Of a DNA stretch of 64,000 bases, positions 1 through 10,215 are shown piece after piece (position 1 is the stretch's first letter; each line of letters begins with the position of its first letter). The stretch covers positions 2,339 to 66,338 of the forward strand of contig NZ_CAJXQY010000003.1 of the NCBI RefSeq assembly GCF_913058315.1. The letters are read 5' to 3'. Source of the stretch: an uncultured Alteromonas sp. Its GTDB lineage: Bacteria > Pseudomonadota > Gammaproteobacteria > Enterobacterales > Alteromonadaceae. A program made the translations under genes and the position numbers. The notes under the pieces are model-generated. The model was not told the DNA's origin, searched no databases, and saw only the letters and a list, made by a program, of their open reading frames with translations.

Positions 1-123
1 TCTTCTTCTTTTTGTCGTCAGGTGGCGATGAACTGCGGAACCAACCCTGACCCAACTCGCCGGGGATATTATTCAGAGTGGGTTAATCCCGACGGCTCCG
101 TGGGATGTACGTGTAACTACTAA
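1..123 (+). CDS. Possible 3' end of a small Cys-rich protein (partial, runs off the left edge)
   Basis: Frame +1 is open from base 1 to TAA at 121-123 (SSSFCRQVAMNCGTNPDPTRRGYYSEWVNPDGSVGCTCNY). It converges on the next gene with palindromes between; the start is not visible. Confidence 0.3.
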   Translation, partial: SSSFCRQVAMNCGTNPDPTRRGYYSEWVNPDGSVGCTCNY

Positions 124-133
124 AGGCTGTTTG

Positions 134-191
134 CCGGGATTCGTAACGCGCTTAGGCGAATTACCCGGATAACGCCGGTGGCGTTTCCGGG
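134..191. repeat. REP-like palindrome pair in a convergent intergenic gap
   Basis: CCCGGA-T-AACGCC-GGT-GGCGTT-TCCGGG (164-191), plus an overlapping imperfect CCGGG-ATTCG...CGAAT-TA-CCCGG stem (134-168). Confidence 0.4.
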
Positions 192-221
192 ACAAAGAAA
201 GTGCTTAGGCACTTTCTTTGT
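192..221 (-). terminator. Perfect 13-bp hairpin with the symporter stop codon in the loop
   Basis: ACAAAGAAAGTGC-TTAG-GCACTTTCTTTGT; the minus-strand TAA (205-207) lies in the loop. Confidence 0.5.
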
Positions 222-1560
222 TCTTATCAAAGTGTTCGAAGTCTACGTCTTCCTGTTGTTGACCGGCGTCCGGGTCGTTAAATACGGCCTCATCCAGTTC
301 GCCTTCAGATTTGGCGATAATAGTGGCCACGGTGCAGTCACCGGTGATATTGACTGCGGTACGGGTCATATCCAGTAAGCGGTCTACACCGATAATCAGA
401 GCAATCCCTTCAACCGGCAGATTAACCTGCTGCAACACCATGGCGAGCATGATTAGTCCCACGCCGGGCACACCGGCGGTACCTACTGAAGCTAAAGTGG
501 CGGTTAACACAACCATCACGTAATCGCCCAAAGATAAATCCACACCGTAGACCTGGGCGATAAAAACCGTGGCAACCCCTTGCATAATCGCCGTGCCATC
601 CATATTGATAGTCGCGCCAAGTGGCAGGGTAAAAGACGAAACTGACTTACCAATGCCCAGCTTATTGCGGGCGGTTTCCATAGTTACCGGGAGCGTGGCG
701 CTACTGCTTGAGGTACTGAAGGCAAATAACGCCGCATCACGCATTTTTCGCAACAGAATGAGCGGGCTCATGCCGCTGAATACTTTTAACAGAACCGGGT
801 AGGTCACCAGCGCATGGATAACCAGTACCGCCAGCACCAGGAAGAAATACCACAGCAAGCCGCCAATGGTCTCCAGGCCTATGGTGGCAAACAGTTTGGC
901 CATCAGCACAAACACACCGTAAGGGGCCAGGTTCATAATGATGGTCACCAGGCGCATGATTACGGTATTAACGTCTTCAAAGAACGCTGCCAGACGTTTA
1001 CCAGCGTCACCGGTCATTGCCATGGCAATGCCAAGCAACACGGCAAAGACTATGATTTGCAACATGTTACCTTCGGCCATCGAATTAATTGGATTAGACG
1101 GGAACATATCCACGATCACCTGCGACAGGGAAGGCGCTTCTTTTGCTACATAAGTCGTTTCGCTTTGCAGGTTCAGCCCTTCGCCGGGTGATACCAACAG
1201 GCCGCCCATAATCGCCAGTGTGACCGCGATAGCCGTGGTCAGAATGTACAGACCAATGGATTTTGCGCCAAGCCGACCCAGTTTAGAGGGCTCTGATAAC
1301 GTGCTGGTACCACAGATTAATGAAACAAAAACCAACGGCACAACCAGCATTTTCAGGCTCGATATAAATATTTGTCCGAGCGTTGAAAATATACCTTCGA
1401 CCAGAATGCTATACGTGGAAACTTCCACCGAGAATATCGAAAACCGCAAATCTCCGCTATCATCAAAGAGAAATTGAAGCAGTGCGCCGATAATGATTCC
1501 GGCGATCATGCCGATAAAGATTCGTGCAGTTAAACTGTACTTGTGTGAAGACTGAGACAT
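205..1560 (-). CDS. Dicarboxylate/amino acid:cation symporter (DAACS/SDF family, GltP-like)
   Basis: 451 aa polytopic protein with family motifs FSTSSSSATLP, GATINMDGTA, AGVPG and GVDRLLDMTRTAVN. Confidence 0.93.
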   Translation of the reverse strand: MSQSSHKYSLTARIFIGMIAGIIIGALLQFLFDDSGDLRFSIFSVEVSTYSILVEGIFSTLGQIFISSLKMLVVPLVFVSLICGTSTLSEPSKLGRLGAKSIGLYILTTAIAVTLAIMGGLLVSPGEGLNLQSETTYVAKEAPSLSQVIVDMFPSNPINSMAEGNMLQIIVFAVLLGIAMAMTGDAGKRLAAFFEDVNTVIMRLVTIIMNLAPYGVFVLMAKLFATIGLETIGGLLWYFFLVLAVLVIHALVTYPVLLKVFSGMSPLILLRKMRDAALFAFSTSSSSATLPVTMETARNKLGIGKSVSSFTLPLGATINMDGTAIMQGVATVFIAQVYGVDLSLGDYVMVVLTATLASVGTAGVPGVGLIMLAMVLQQVNLPVEGIALIIGVDRLLDMTRTAVNITGDCTVATIIAKSEGELDEAVFNDPDAGQQQEDVDFEHFDKNKESA

Positions 1561-1672
1561 GTAAATTCCCTGAAATGTTATTTTATTTATAGTTCTTAGT
1601 TAGTGTGCCAGATTCATAGCAGTTTTAAATACTTAAAATGACCCAATAACGGTAAAGAGGTCCGGGAAGACG

Positions 1673-3895
1673 ATGAAAATGCAATCTCTACGCTTAATAG
1701 CCGCCACATGGGCACTATTATTACTAGTTGCCTGCGGAGGCGGTGGTTCTGTCTCCAGAGAAGAAAACACCGGGGGCACTACGCCCGATCCCACGTCTTC
1801 AGTGAGTCTAGCACTAACCGACAGTGACGGTAATACCAGTACGTCACTGACCGGTGAATCGCCACTCACCCTGTCGGCAACAGTGACCGACAGCAGTGGC
1901 AGCCCGGTTGCCAATACCGTGGTGACATTCAGCTTTACGGTTGCCAGCCTGGCGCGTTTTTCGAACGATACAGGTACGGCTCTGACCAACGCTGAGGGGG
2001 TGGCCACTATTACTCTTATCGTTGGGGACCTGTCAGGCTCCGGTGCCGTTGAAGCGGCGCTGGAAAGTGGCGAGACCGCCAGCATCGGCTTTAGCTCCAG
2101 TGGTACTACCGCGAATGTGGAAACGCCTGAGTCGCTCGAACTGTTTGCCAGTCAGTCTCAGTTGTCTTCCAGTGGCTCTGATGAAGTCGAAGTCTGGGCG
2201 GTGGTGAAAAATGCACAAAATATTCTGCTCGACGGTGTCAACGTGACATTCGCAGCCGACAGCAATGCAGCTATTGCTGAAACCCAGCCGGTAACTGATG
2301 AAAATGGCACGGCAATTGTGCTGCTTCGGACTGGCGGCGACAAAGAAAACCGCACAATAAACGTTACCGCGACGGTAAGTGGCGAACAAACGCTCACAGA
2401 AACGCTGACGATTAACGTTGTGGGCACTGAAATTGAAATTAACGGCACCACCTCGGCCATTATCGGTGACAGCGTGAACCTGACCGTTAGTTTGCAAGAC
2501 TCCGATAATGTGGGCATTGCCAGTGAAACACTGACGTTACGGGTGGAAGATGAATCAGGTACTGATGTAACGGCGAGCACGCTGGATAACGCTGCGCCTC
2601 AAACCAGTGCTGAAGGCCGCGCGACAGTGGCCTTCACTGCACCCGCCGCAGGCACCTTTACAGTATTTGCTGATGCGCTGAACACGCAAAGTACCTTCGC
2701 CATTGAAGTACAGCAGGATGAATTTGTGTTTGTGGATCCGCCTGATGTGAATAATGTTGACCAGGATATCCCGCTGAATACCGATTATAACCTGCAGGTT
2801 AGCTGGTTACGTGACGCGGCACCGTTTGCCGGCGGTTCAATCAGCTTCGCTATCTCGCGTGGTACTGTGGTAAGCGCAGATGCGGTAACCGATGGCAGCG
2901 GCATTGCAGATCTTACGGTAAGTTCAGGTAATGCCGGACTGGCAACTATCTCGGCAACCGGGACTGACGGTGCCGGTGTAGAGGTTTCTACCCAAATTGA
3001 GATTGCCTTTATCGCCACCGATGCAGACACCATCATTGTGGATGCCACGCCAGACTCGATTGGCCCTGACGGTCAAACCAGTACCATTTCTGCTGTGGTG
3101 CTGGATGCCGACGGTAACCGGGTGCGTAACAAGCTGGTTAACTTTGAAGTCAATGATGTGTCTAACGGTAACCTGACCGACGCTCAGAGCCGCACAGACC
3201 GCCGTGGTATTGCCACCACCGTTTATGAGTCTAACGCAGTCAGTACCTATCAAAGTGTTGAAGTGCGTGCCTACGTAAACGATGAGCCAGCGGTTGAGGA
3301 TTCTACTTTACTGACAGTGGGTGACCGTCCTTTTGATATCTCTTTAGGTACTGGTAATCTGATTGAAGCACCGCAGCAGTCTTCTTACCGCAAAGAGTTC
3401 TCCGTGTTTGTGACCGATGCCGATGCTAATCCGGTGACCGGTGCGGCCCTGACATTTAGTGCTACACCTGTTGCCGAAACCAGCAATGATGCAGCCTATG
3501 CCAAAGGTTACTGGCTTTGGGATGAAGATGATTCTATCTATTACTCAGTGACTACCGCTGTCTGTGCTAATGAAGATTTGAACGGCAATGGTCGACTGGA
3601 CGTGGGTGAAGATTTTAATGGTGACGGACAGTTAACGCCGGGTAATGTAGGCGCTATTGATGCGGATGCCAACACCGATGAAAACGGTCAGGCACTGATT
3701 AACCTTAACTATCCGAAACAGTACGGTGCCTGGGTTCAACTTACTATAAGTGCCCGCGGTGAGTCATCAGGCACGGAATCAGTGGATAAAATGAATTACT
3801 GGTTAAGTGTGTCAACTGCAGATCGCACCACTCAGGGGGCGCCACCGCCTTCCAGCCCGTGGGGTACCAGCGCCAGTTGTGCTGATACGCAGTAA
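1673..3895 (+). CDS. Lipoprotein with tandem bacterial Ig-like (Big_1/invasin-type) domains and a C-terminal Ca-binding-like motif pair
   Basis: Lipobox LLVA-C followed by GGGGS; six T-D/N/S-x-x-G-x-A strand motifs; EDLNGNGRLD and EDFNGDGQL repeats; Thr/Ser/Asp-rich composition. Confidence 0.8.
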   Translation: MKMQSLRLIAATWALLLLVACGGGGSVSREENTGGTTPDPTSSVSLALTDSDGNTSTSLTGESPLTLSATVTDSSGSPVANTVVTFSFTVASLARFSNDTGTALTNAEGVATITLIVGDLSGSGAVEAALESGETASIGFSSSGTTANVETPESLELFASQSQLSSSGSDEVEVWAVVKNAQNILLDGVNVTFAADSNAAIAETQPVTDENGTAIVLLRTGGDKENRTINVTATVSGEQTLTETLTINVVGTEIEINGTTSAIIGDSVNLTVSLQDSDNVGIASETLTLRVEDESGTDVTASTLDNAAPQTSAEGRATVAFTAPAAGTFTVFADALNTQSTFAIEVQQDEFVFVDPPDVNNVDQDIPLNTDYNLQVSWLRDAAPFAGGSISFAISRGTVVSADAVTDGSGIADLTVSSGNAGLATISATGTDGAGVEVSTQIEIAFIATDADTIIVDATPDSIGPDGQTSTISAVVLDADGNRVRNKLVNFEVNDVSNGNLTDAQSRTDRRGIATTVYESNAVSTYQSVEVRAYVNDEPAVEDSTLLTVGDRPFDISLGTGNLIEAPQQSSYRKEFSVFVTDADANPVTGAALTFSATPVAETSNDAAYAKGYWLWDEDDSIYYSVTTAVCANEDLNGNGRLDVGEDFNGDGQLTPGNVGAIDADANTDENGQALINLNYPKQYGAWVQLTISARGESSGTESVDKMNYWLSVSTADRTTQGAPPPSSPWGTSASCADTQ

Positions 3896-3914
3896 TTAGC
3901 GGCAAACAGTAACG

Positions 3915-3945
3915 AAAACGCCGGCAAGATGCCGGCGTTTTTTTT
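3915..3945. terminator. Bidirectional intrinsic terminator
   Basis: AAAACGCCGGCA-AGA-TGCCGGCGTTTTTTTT between convergent genes. Confidence 0.85.
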
Positions 3946-3959
3946 ATCGTACTGAACAA

Positions 3960-5300
3960 TTAGCCTTGCTGAAACGGATACACCGAACCCAGCTTTAAGA
4001 TTTGCGTCAGTTCATCCAGAGCGGTGCGTGATTCAACCAACAGTTGTGGGTCGCACAAATCCTGCTCGGTTAACTGGTCGCGGTAATGTTTATCTACCCA
4101 GCCGTTGAGTCGTGAAAACAGCGCATTGTTCATCAGAGTGTTGGGATTAACTGCGCCAAGTTCGGCATCGGTAAGTGCTACGCGTAAGCGCAGACAAGCG
4201 GGACCACCGCCATTACGCATACTCTGTTTCACGTCGAAATAGTTTACGCTTTTAATGGGCGTGTCGCGGGTCACCAGTTCAGCCAGGTAGTTAGCAACAA
4301 CCGGATTTTCTTGACACTCAGACGGCGCAATAATTGTCATATTACCGTCAGGCAGGGTGAGTAACTGGGTGTTAAAAAGATACGTTTTAATGGCGTCATT
4401 CAGGCCCACTTCATCGCTTTTCACTTCGATAAAATGAAGTGGTTTGTCACCGAATTTAGCCCGGATTTCAGCCACGGCAGACTCACTGTTATGAAACGCA
4501 AGCTCATGATAGAAAAGTACATTCTGGTTACCAACGGCAATTACATCGTTGTGAAAAACCCCCTGGTCAATCACGTTCGGGTTTTGTTGGATGTACACCA
4601 CGCTTTCGTCGCTAAGACCGTGCAAGCGCGCAACCGCCTGACAAGCCTCGAAAGTTTGTCGGGCAGGGTAACGAGTGGGTTGTGGTAAATCATGGCGAAA
4701 CGCATGACGACCGTATACAAATACCTCAACGCCGGCGTGACCGTAGGCACTGCACAGACGGGTATGATTAGCCGCGCCTTCATCACCAAAATGATCGTTA
4801 TCGGGCAGGTGGCCATGGTGGGCAAAATATTTACTGTTGGCAAAGGTAGCCTTCAGAATATTGCCGGTCACCTGAGGTTCCAGCGAACGGTGAAATTTGT
4901 TGGTCAGGTTAGCCGGAGTAAAGTGCACGCGACCATCAGCCGTGTCGGCACTGGGCGATACGGTGGCGGCGTTGGCTGTCCACATACTGGACGCTGAGCA
5001 ACACGCCAGAAATACTTCTCGGGCCTGGGCTGCTGCCTGTTCCAGCACCTTAGCATCGCTGCCTGCGAAGCCGAGGCGACGCAGGGTTGCCAGATCAGGG
5101 CGTTCCTGGGGAGCCAGTACTCCCTGTACCATGCCCATGTCGGCCAGCGCTTTCATTTTCTGCAGGCCCTGTTTGGCGGCTTCTTTAGGGTTGCTGATAG
5201 CATTCGCATTGGAGAAAGAGGCGACATTGCCAAAAGACAATCCGGCATAGTTATGGGTCGGGCCAACCAGCCCGTCAAAATTCGCTTCACAATATTGCAT
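3960..5300 (-). CDS. astB: N-succinylarginine dihydrolase
   Basis: [22 protein letters not shown]-terminus, [15 protein letters not shown] and [15 protein letters not shown] motifs. Confidence 0.96.
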   Translation of the reverse strand: MQYCEANFDGLVGPTHNYAGLSFGNVASFSNANAISNPKEAAKQGLQKMKALADMGMVQGVLAPQERPDLATLRRLGFAGSDAKVLEQAAAQAREVFLACCSASSMWTANAATVSPSADTADGRVHFTPANLTNKFHRSLEPQVTGNILKATFANSKYFAHHGHLPDNDHFGDEGAANHTRLCSAYGHAGVEVFVYGRHAFRHDLPQPTRYPARQTFEACQAVARLHGLSDESVVYIQQNPNVIDQGVFHNDVIAVGNQNVLFYHELAFHNSESAVAEIRAKFGDKPLHFIEVKSDEVGLNDAIKTYLFNTQLLTLPDGNMTIIAPSECQENPVVANYLAELVTRDTPIKSVNYFDVKQSMRNGGGPACLRLRVALTDAELGAVNPNTLMNNALFSRLNGWVDKHYRDQLTEQDLCDPQLLVESRTALDELTQILKLGSVYPFQQG

Positions 5301-5682
5301 GACAACCTGCCTTAAATTTGAGTCATTCGGTAAACATATTGTCGAGCAAAAGGGCAGAATAACCGGACAGCGCCTATGATTACGCTATATATAAGTACAA
5401 CTTTTTTTTATTTAAGTGTTGTAATTTCTGCCGTTATTTGCGACAACCCGGCGCATTATACGTGTTTTAACTACGCTGCCAATCAGGGTGGTTAAAAAAT
5501 GCGCTATTTTGGGTGGGTGAAAAATAAACTTTGCGAATAAGTATGAAGAAGAACTTGTTTTCCATTCACTTTGTAGATATATGTTAAAAAAAGAAGCGCC
5601 AGACTATGTGAGTGTAATTGCCTTATTTTCTTCCTGGTTTGCTATCGAAAATTTAATTTATTCAAAGGTTTAATTCTTATTT

Positions 5683-8316
5683 ATGACAAAATCACTAGTC
5701 ATAGTCGAGTCACCGGCCAAAGCCAAAACAATAAATAAATATCTTGGCAAAAATTTTATTGTTAAATCTTCCGTGGGTCACGTACGCGACCTGCCAACCA
5801 AGGCGCTTGGTAAGGTGGAGCCGAAAAAACCGGCCAAAGAACTGAAAACGTTATCGGATGAAGCGAAGGCTAAATACCTGCGCGAGTACGAATATAAAAA
5901 GCTGGTTGACCGCATGGGGGTAGACCCTCAACACGACTGGAAAGCCCACTATCAGGTGCTGGAAGGCAAAGAGAAAGTGGTTAATGAGCTTAAAAAACTG
6001 GCCAAAGACGCCGACACCATTTATCTCGCAACGGATTTGGACCGCGAAGGGGAAGCGATTGCCTGGCATTTGCAGGAAATTCTTGGCCAGAAGGGCAAAA
6101 CTTACCAGCGGGTAGTGTTTAACGAGATCACGAAAAACGCCATTAAGGAAGCCTTTGAGCATCCCGGTGATGTGAATCAGGACCGGGTGGAAGCCCAACA
6201 GGCCCGTCGTTTTCTCGACCGGGTAGTGGGGTTCATGGTATCGCCGCTGCTTTGGAAAAAGATTGCCCGTGGCTTGTCTGCCGGTCGGGTACAGTCGGTG
6301 GCGGTGCGTCTGGTGGTCGAACGGGAACGTGAAATCAAAGCCTTTGTGCCCGAAGAATTCTGGGATGTCCATGCTGACCTGACCACTGGGGCCAGTGATG
6401 CTCTGCGGATGCAGGTGGTGAAGGAAAGCGATAAACCCTTCAAGCCGGTGAATAAAGCACAAACCGATGCTGCACTGGCCGTACTGAAGCCTGCTGACTA
6501 TGAAGTGGTGAGCCGCGAGTCGAAGCCGACCCAGAGTCGTCCTTCTGCGCCTTTCATCACCTCAACCTTGCAACAGGCCGCCAGTACCCGTCTGGGATTT
6601 GGGGTGAAGAAAACCATGATGATGGCCCAGCGCTTGTATGAAGCCGGTCACATTACCTATATGCGTACCGACTCGACCAACCTGAGCCAGGAGGCTCTGG
6701 AGGCTTGTCGTGGATACATTGGCGATAACTTTGGTGGCAAGTATTTACCGGAGTCACCTATTCGTTACGGCAGTAAGGAAGGCGCGCAAGAAGCTCACGA
6801 AGCCATCAGGCCGTCAAACGTAACAACCCTTGCTGCGACACTAAAAGACATGGAACGTGACGCACAGCGTCTCTACGAGCTTATTTGGCGCCAATTTGTA
6901 GCCTGTCAGATGACAGCTGCGAAATATGATGCCACTACGGTGAAAGTCAAAGCCGGTGATTTTGAGCTGGTTGCCAAGGGCCGGGTACTGAAATTTGATG
7001 GTTGGACTAAAGTGCAGCCGCAGAAAAGTAAAAAGGGTGAAGAGGATAAGTTGCTGCCAGATGTGAATCCGGGCGACAAACTCAATCTTAAGCAACTCGA
7101 TCCGAAACAGCATTTCACCAAGCCAGTGGCCCGTTTTAACGAAGCCTCGCTGGTAAAAGAACTGGAAAAGCGTGGCATCGGCCGGCCTTCTACCTACGCC
7201 AGCATTATCTCCACGATTCAGGACCGCGGTTATGTGCGGCTGGAGAACAAGCGTTTCTATGCAGAAAAAATGGGTGAGATAGTTACCGATCGCCTGATGG
7301 AAAATTTTGACGGCCTGATGAGCTACGACTTTACCGCCAACATGGAACAGCGCCTCGATGAAATCGCCGAAGGCCATGATAACTGGAAAGCGGTGCTCGA
7401 TAAGTTCTACAGCGATTTTTACAGCAAGTTACTGCTGGCCGAGCAGGAAGCTGAACAAGGCGGAATGCGGCCTAATCAGGCAGTACCGGTAGAAATTAAC
7501 TGTGATAAGTGCGGTCGTCATATGAACGTGCGTACAGCCAGTACCGGGGTATTTTTAGGCTGTACAGGCTACAACCTGCCGCCTAAAGAGCGTTGTACCA
7601 ACACCATGAACCTCACGCCTGGTGAAGAAGTGGTGCAGGTCGACAACGATGACGAGCAGGAGACCGAGGATTTACGCGCCAAACGCCGTTGCCCGGAATG
7701 TGGTACGGCCATGGACAGCTACCTGGTTGATGAAACACGCAAGCTACATGTGTGCGGTAACTCACCTGCTTGTCCGGGCACTTATGTGGAAGCGGGAACC
7801 TTCAAAATTAAAGGTTATGACGGGCCACTGATAGAGTGCGATAAGTGTGGCAGCGACATGGAGCTTAAAAACGGTCGGTTTGGAAAATACTTCGACTGTA
7901 CTAACAGCGAATGCAAAAACACCCGTAAGTTACTGCGGAACGGCGAGGCAGCGCCACCTAAAGAAGATCCGGTGGATTTACCTGAATTACCCTGTGAGAA
8001 AAGTGATGCCCACTTTATGCTCAGGGACGGGGCTTCCGGCATTTTCCTGGCAGCGCACAATTTCCCTAAATCACGGGAGACACGTGCGCCCAAGGTTGAG
8101 GAACTGGCCCGCTTCAGGGATCGTATATCGCCTAAGTTTTACTATCTGGCTGATGCGCCGAAAACCGATCCGGACGGTAACCCGGCTATTGTGCGCTTCA
8201 GTCGTAAGACTAAGCAACAATATGTCATGACCGAAGATGCTAAAGGCAAGGCCACTGGCTGGTCTGCGTGGTATCAGGACGGAAAATGGCAAGCCAAAGA
8301 CACTAAGAAGAAGTAA
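5683..8316 (+). CDS. topA: DNA topoisomerase I
   Basis: [21 protein letters not shown] start, [19 protein letters not shown], catalytic ITYMRTD, C-terminal zinc ribbons. Confidence 0.98.
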   Translation: MTKSLVIVESPAKAKTINKYLGKNFIVKSSVGHVRDLPTKALGKVEPKKPAKELKTLSDEAKAKYLREYEYKKLVDRMGVDPQHDWKAHYQVLEGKEKVVNELKKLAKDADTIYLATDLDREGEAIAWHLQEILGQKGKTYQRVVFNEITKNAIKEAFEHPGDVNQDRVEAQQARRFLDRVVGFMVSPLLWKKIARGLSAGRVQSVAVRLVVEREREIKAFVPEEFWDVHADLTTGASDALRMQVVKESDKPFKPVNKAQTDAALAVLKPADYEVVSRESKPTQSRPSAPFITSTLQQAASTRLGFGVKKTMMMAQRLYEAGHITYMRTDSTNLSQEALEACRGYIGDNFGGKYLPESPIRYGSKEGAQEAHEAIRPSNVTTLAATLKDMERDAQRLYELIWRQFVACQMTAAKYDATTVKVKAGDFELVAKGRVLKFDGWTKVQPQKSKKGEEDKLLPDVNPGDKLNLKQLDPKQHFTKPVARFNEASLVKELEKRGIGRPSTYASIISTIQDRGYVRLENKRFYAEKMGEIVTDRLMENFDGLMSYDFTANMEQRLDEIAEGHDNWKAVLDKFYSDFYSKLLLAEQEAEQGGMRPNQAVPVEINCDKCGRHMNVRTASTGVFLGCTGYNLPPKERCTNTMNLTPGEEVVQVDNDDEQETEDLRAKRRCPECGTAMDSYLVDETRKLHVCGNSPACPGTYVEAGTFKIKGYDGPLIECDKCGSDMELKNGRFGKYFDCTNSECKNTRKLLRNGEAAPPKEDPVDLPELPCEKSDAHFMLRDGASGIFLAAHNFPKSRETRAPKVEELARFRDRISPKFYYLADAPKTDPDGNPAIVRFSRKTKQQYVMTEDAKGKATGWSAWYQDGKWQAKDTKKK

Positions 8317-8327
8317 GCGAACAGATT

Positions 8328-8876
8328 ATGGCATCGTTACAGGATCAGTTGCTCAAAGCCGGTTTGGCCGATAAATCGAAAGCCAAACAGGCAAGAGCCG
8401 ATAAACGTAAAAAACAAAAGCTCAAAAATAAAGGCACCGCCGTTGAGCAGGACGAAAATAAACTGGCGGCACAACAGGCCGCGGAAGCGAAAAAGCAACG
8501 CGATCTGGAGCTTAATCAGCAACGCCAGGCGGAGCTTGAGAAAAAAGCCGTAGTTGCGCAAATTCGTCAGTTAATTACCGTTAACCAGCAGCCGAAAGGC
8601 AAGGGTGACACAGTGCTTAACTTTACCGACGAAAATGTGGTTAAACGCATGTACGTAAGTGATGCGGTGCATAAACTGGTGGTTGATGCCCGTCTGGCTG
8701 TGGTAAAACTGGATGAGGACTATTTGCTTATTCCAACGCCTGTTGCGGATAAAATCGCCGAACGTGACGCAAAGATGGTGATATATCGCGCCGATCTGCG
8801 AGAAGAGAACAAAGAAAAATCCGCCGAAGATGACTGGTATGCTGAGTATGAAATACCGGATGATTTAACCTGGTAA
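8328..8876 (+). CDS. DUF2058 family (YaiL-like) nucleoprotein-associated protein
   Basis: SLQDQLLKAGL start and Y..Y.IPDDLxW end are typical of this family; lies 11 nt after topA. Confidence 0.8.
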   Translation: MASLQDQLLKAGLADKSKAKQARADKRKKQKLKNKGTAVEQDENKLAAQQAAEAKKQRDLELNQQRQAELEKKAVVAQIRQLITVNQQPKGKGDTVLNFTDENVVKRMYVSDAVHKLVVDARLAVVKLDEDYLLIPTPVADKIAERDAKMVIYRADLREENKEKSAEDDWYAEYEIPDDLTW

Positions 8877-8896
8877 TGCCGATGAATGAAATTAAT

Positions 8897-8924
8897 AAGC
8901 CCGCCTGAACAGGCGGGCTTTTTT
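8897..8924 (+). terminator. Intrinsic terminator after topA-DUF2058
   Basis: AAGCCCGCCTGAACAGGCGGGCTTTTTT. Confidence 0.85.
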
Positions 8925-8935
8925 ACAGCCTCAGA

Positions 8936-9988
8936 TTACTGCAGTGAGTTGCCTACACCGATGAGTATGGTCGACATCACCAGTAGCGATATGCCTGCCA
9001 GCAGCAACAATCTGCTCTTGCGGTTGGCTCCTTTCCATTCGAGCAATGCCAGTCCCCACAGCGTTGAGAAAATAATGATACTGGCCATATGAATGGTCCA
9101 GCTCGAAAATTCATAGTCGCCCATGTGGCTTTCGCCCATGGTATAAAAGAAAAACTGAAAGTACCAAAATGATCCACCCAGCGCAGCTAACAGGTAATTT
9201 TTTATCATTCTGTCTGAGCCGAGGCGTTGCGATTGATTGTGTGTATAGCCACTAAATTCGGCTGCTGAGCGATTCTTATGGATAAGCCAGGCGCACCACA
9301 GGGCATTGGTGGTTAACCCGCCAGCCAATACCACACACAGTACTGGCAGACCCTGCCACAAATGGTCGGTACCAGCGGCCAGGGTGAGTTCCCGAATGGG
9401 CTTGCCGGCGGCAATACCAAAAGCAAAGCAGGAAGACATCACGCCTGAAAAAAGCGCAATTAACAGCCCTTTTTTCATATCGATCGCGCCTTCGGACTGA
9501 GCGCCGGTACTGCGGTTCTTTTCTGCGGTGGCTCGGGCCACCAGAATCACGCCCAGTAAGGTTAGAAAAGTACCCAGAATGGCAAACTGTCCACTTGGCG
9601 TTGCCAGTACTTTACCGATAGTACCGTCGAATACCGGTGGGCCGAGAGTGCCTAATACGGTGGTCAGGCCCAGTACAATCGCCATGCCTGAGGAAATGCC
9701 CATATACCGAACAGCCAAACCAAAAGTCAGACCACCCAACCCCCAGCCCAGGCCCCAAAGAAAACACTGCTGTAATACACTGAATGAGGTGGTACTTAAT
9801 ACATCAAACAGTTGTTGGGTTTGGATCCAGGCAAATAACCACGGACAAATAAGCCAACTGAACACCCCGCCGGTTAGCCAGAATATTTCCCACGACCAGC
9901 CTTTTATTTGTTTATAGGGTACATAAAAGCTGGCAGAGAATAACCCGCCCAACCAATGAAAAAACACCCCAAGCAATGGATTCTGCAT
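8936..9988 (-). CDS. rhaT: L-rhamnose/H+ symporter family (RhaT-like) sugar transporter
   Basis: GVFFHWLGG..SASFYVPYKQIKGWSWE and WGLGGLTFGLAVRYMGIS, about 10 TM segments, resembling E. coli RhaT. The substrate is not proven. Confidence 0.75.
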   Translation of the reverse strand: MQNPLLGVFFHWLGGLFSASFYVPYKQIKGWSWEIFWLTGGVFSWLICPWLFAWIQTQQLFDVLSTTSFSVLQQCFLWGLGWGLGGLTFGLAVRYMGISSGMAIVLGLTTVLGTLGPPVFDGTIGKVLATPSGQFAILGTFLTLLGVILVARATAEKNRSTGAQSEGAIDMKKGLLIALFSGVMSSCFAFGIAAGKPIRELTLAAGTDHLWQGLPVLCVVLAGGLTTNALWCAWLIHKNRSAAEFSGYTHNQSQRLGSDRMIKNYLLAALGGSFWYFQFFFYTMGESHMGDYEFSSWTIHMASIIIFSTLWGLALLEWKGANRKSRLLLLAGISLLVMSTILIGVGNSLQ

Positions 9989-10014
9989 TATTCCTTACTC
10001 CTGCTGTAAACCTG

Positions 10015-10048
10015 TTTTTGTAATTTTTAGGTGAACAATTTACAAAAA
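10015..10048. promoter_or_regulatory. Inverted repeat (9-16-9), candidate regulator site upstream of rhaT
   Basis: TTTTTGTAA-N16-TTACAAAAA in an AT-rich gap; a direct repeat CAAAAATAAT x2 lies at about 10094-10113. Confidence 0.35.
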
Positions 10049-10215
10049 ATACACATACAGGGAGAGAATACACAATTAATAAACATATATATACAAAAAT
10101 AATCAAAAATAATCATTTTTTTGGTTGCGTATGATTGATAGTGATTGATGTTGCCGGGGAAAAGGGGGGAGCTGGTGAGTTCAGCCAGCTCCGGTGTGGG
10201 GCAAATAAACGTCGA

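Noticed and set aside
1633-3253. Antisense ORFs of 87-154 aa over the Ig-like gene
   Set aside because: Shadow frames of a strongly biased coding strand; the translations are not protein-like.
5301-5682. ArgR boxes or a small RNA in the astB-topA gap
   Set aside because: No convincing ARG-box dyad or terminated hairpin was seen. A stand-alone astB next to topA is not unusual in this group.
5851-7377. Antisense ORFs of 203 and 178 aa in topA
   Set aside because: Typical shadow ORFs of a conserved housekeeping gene.
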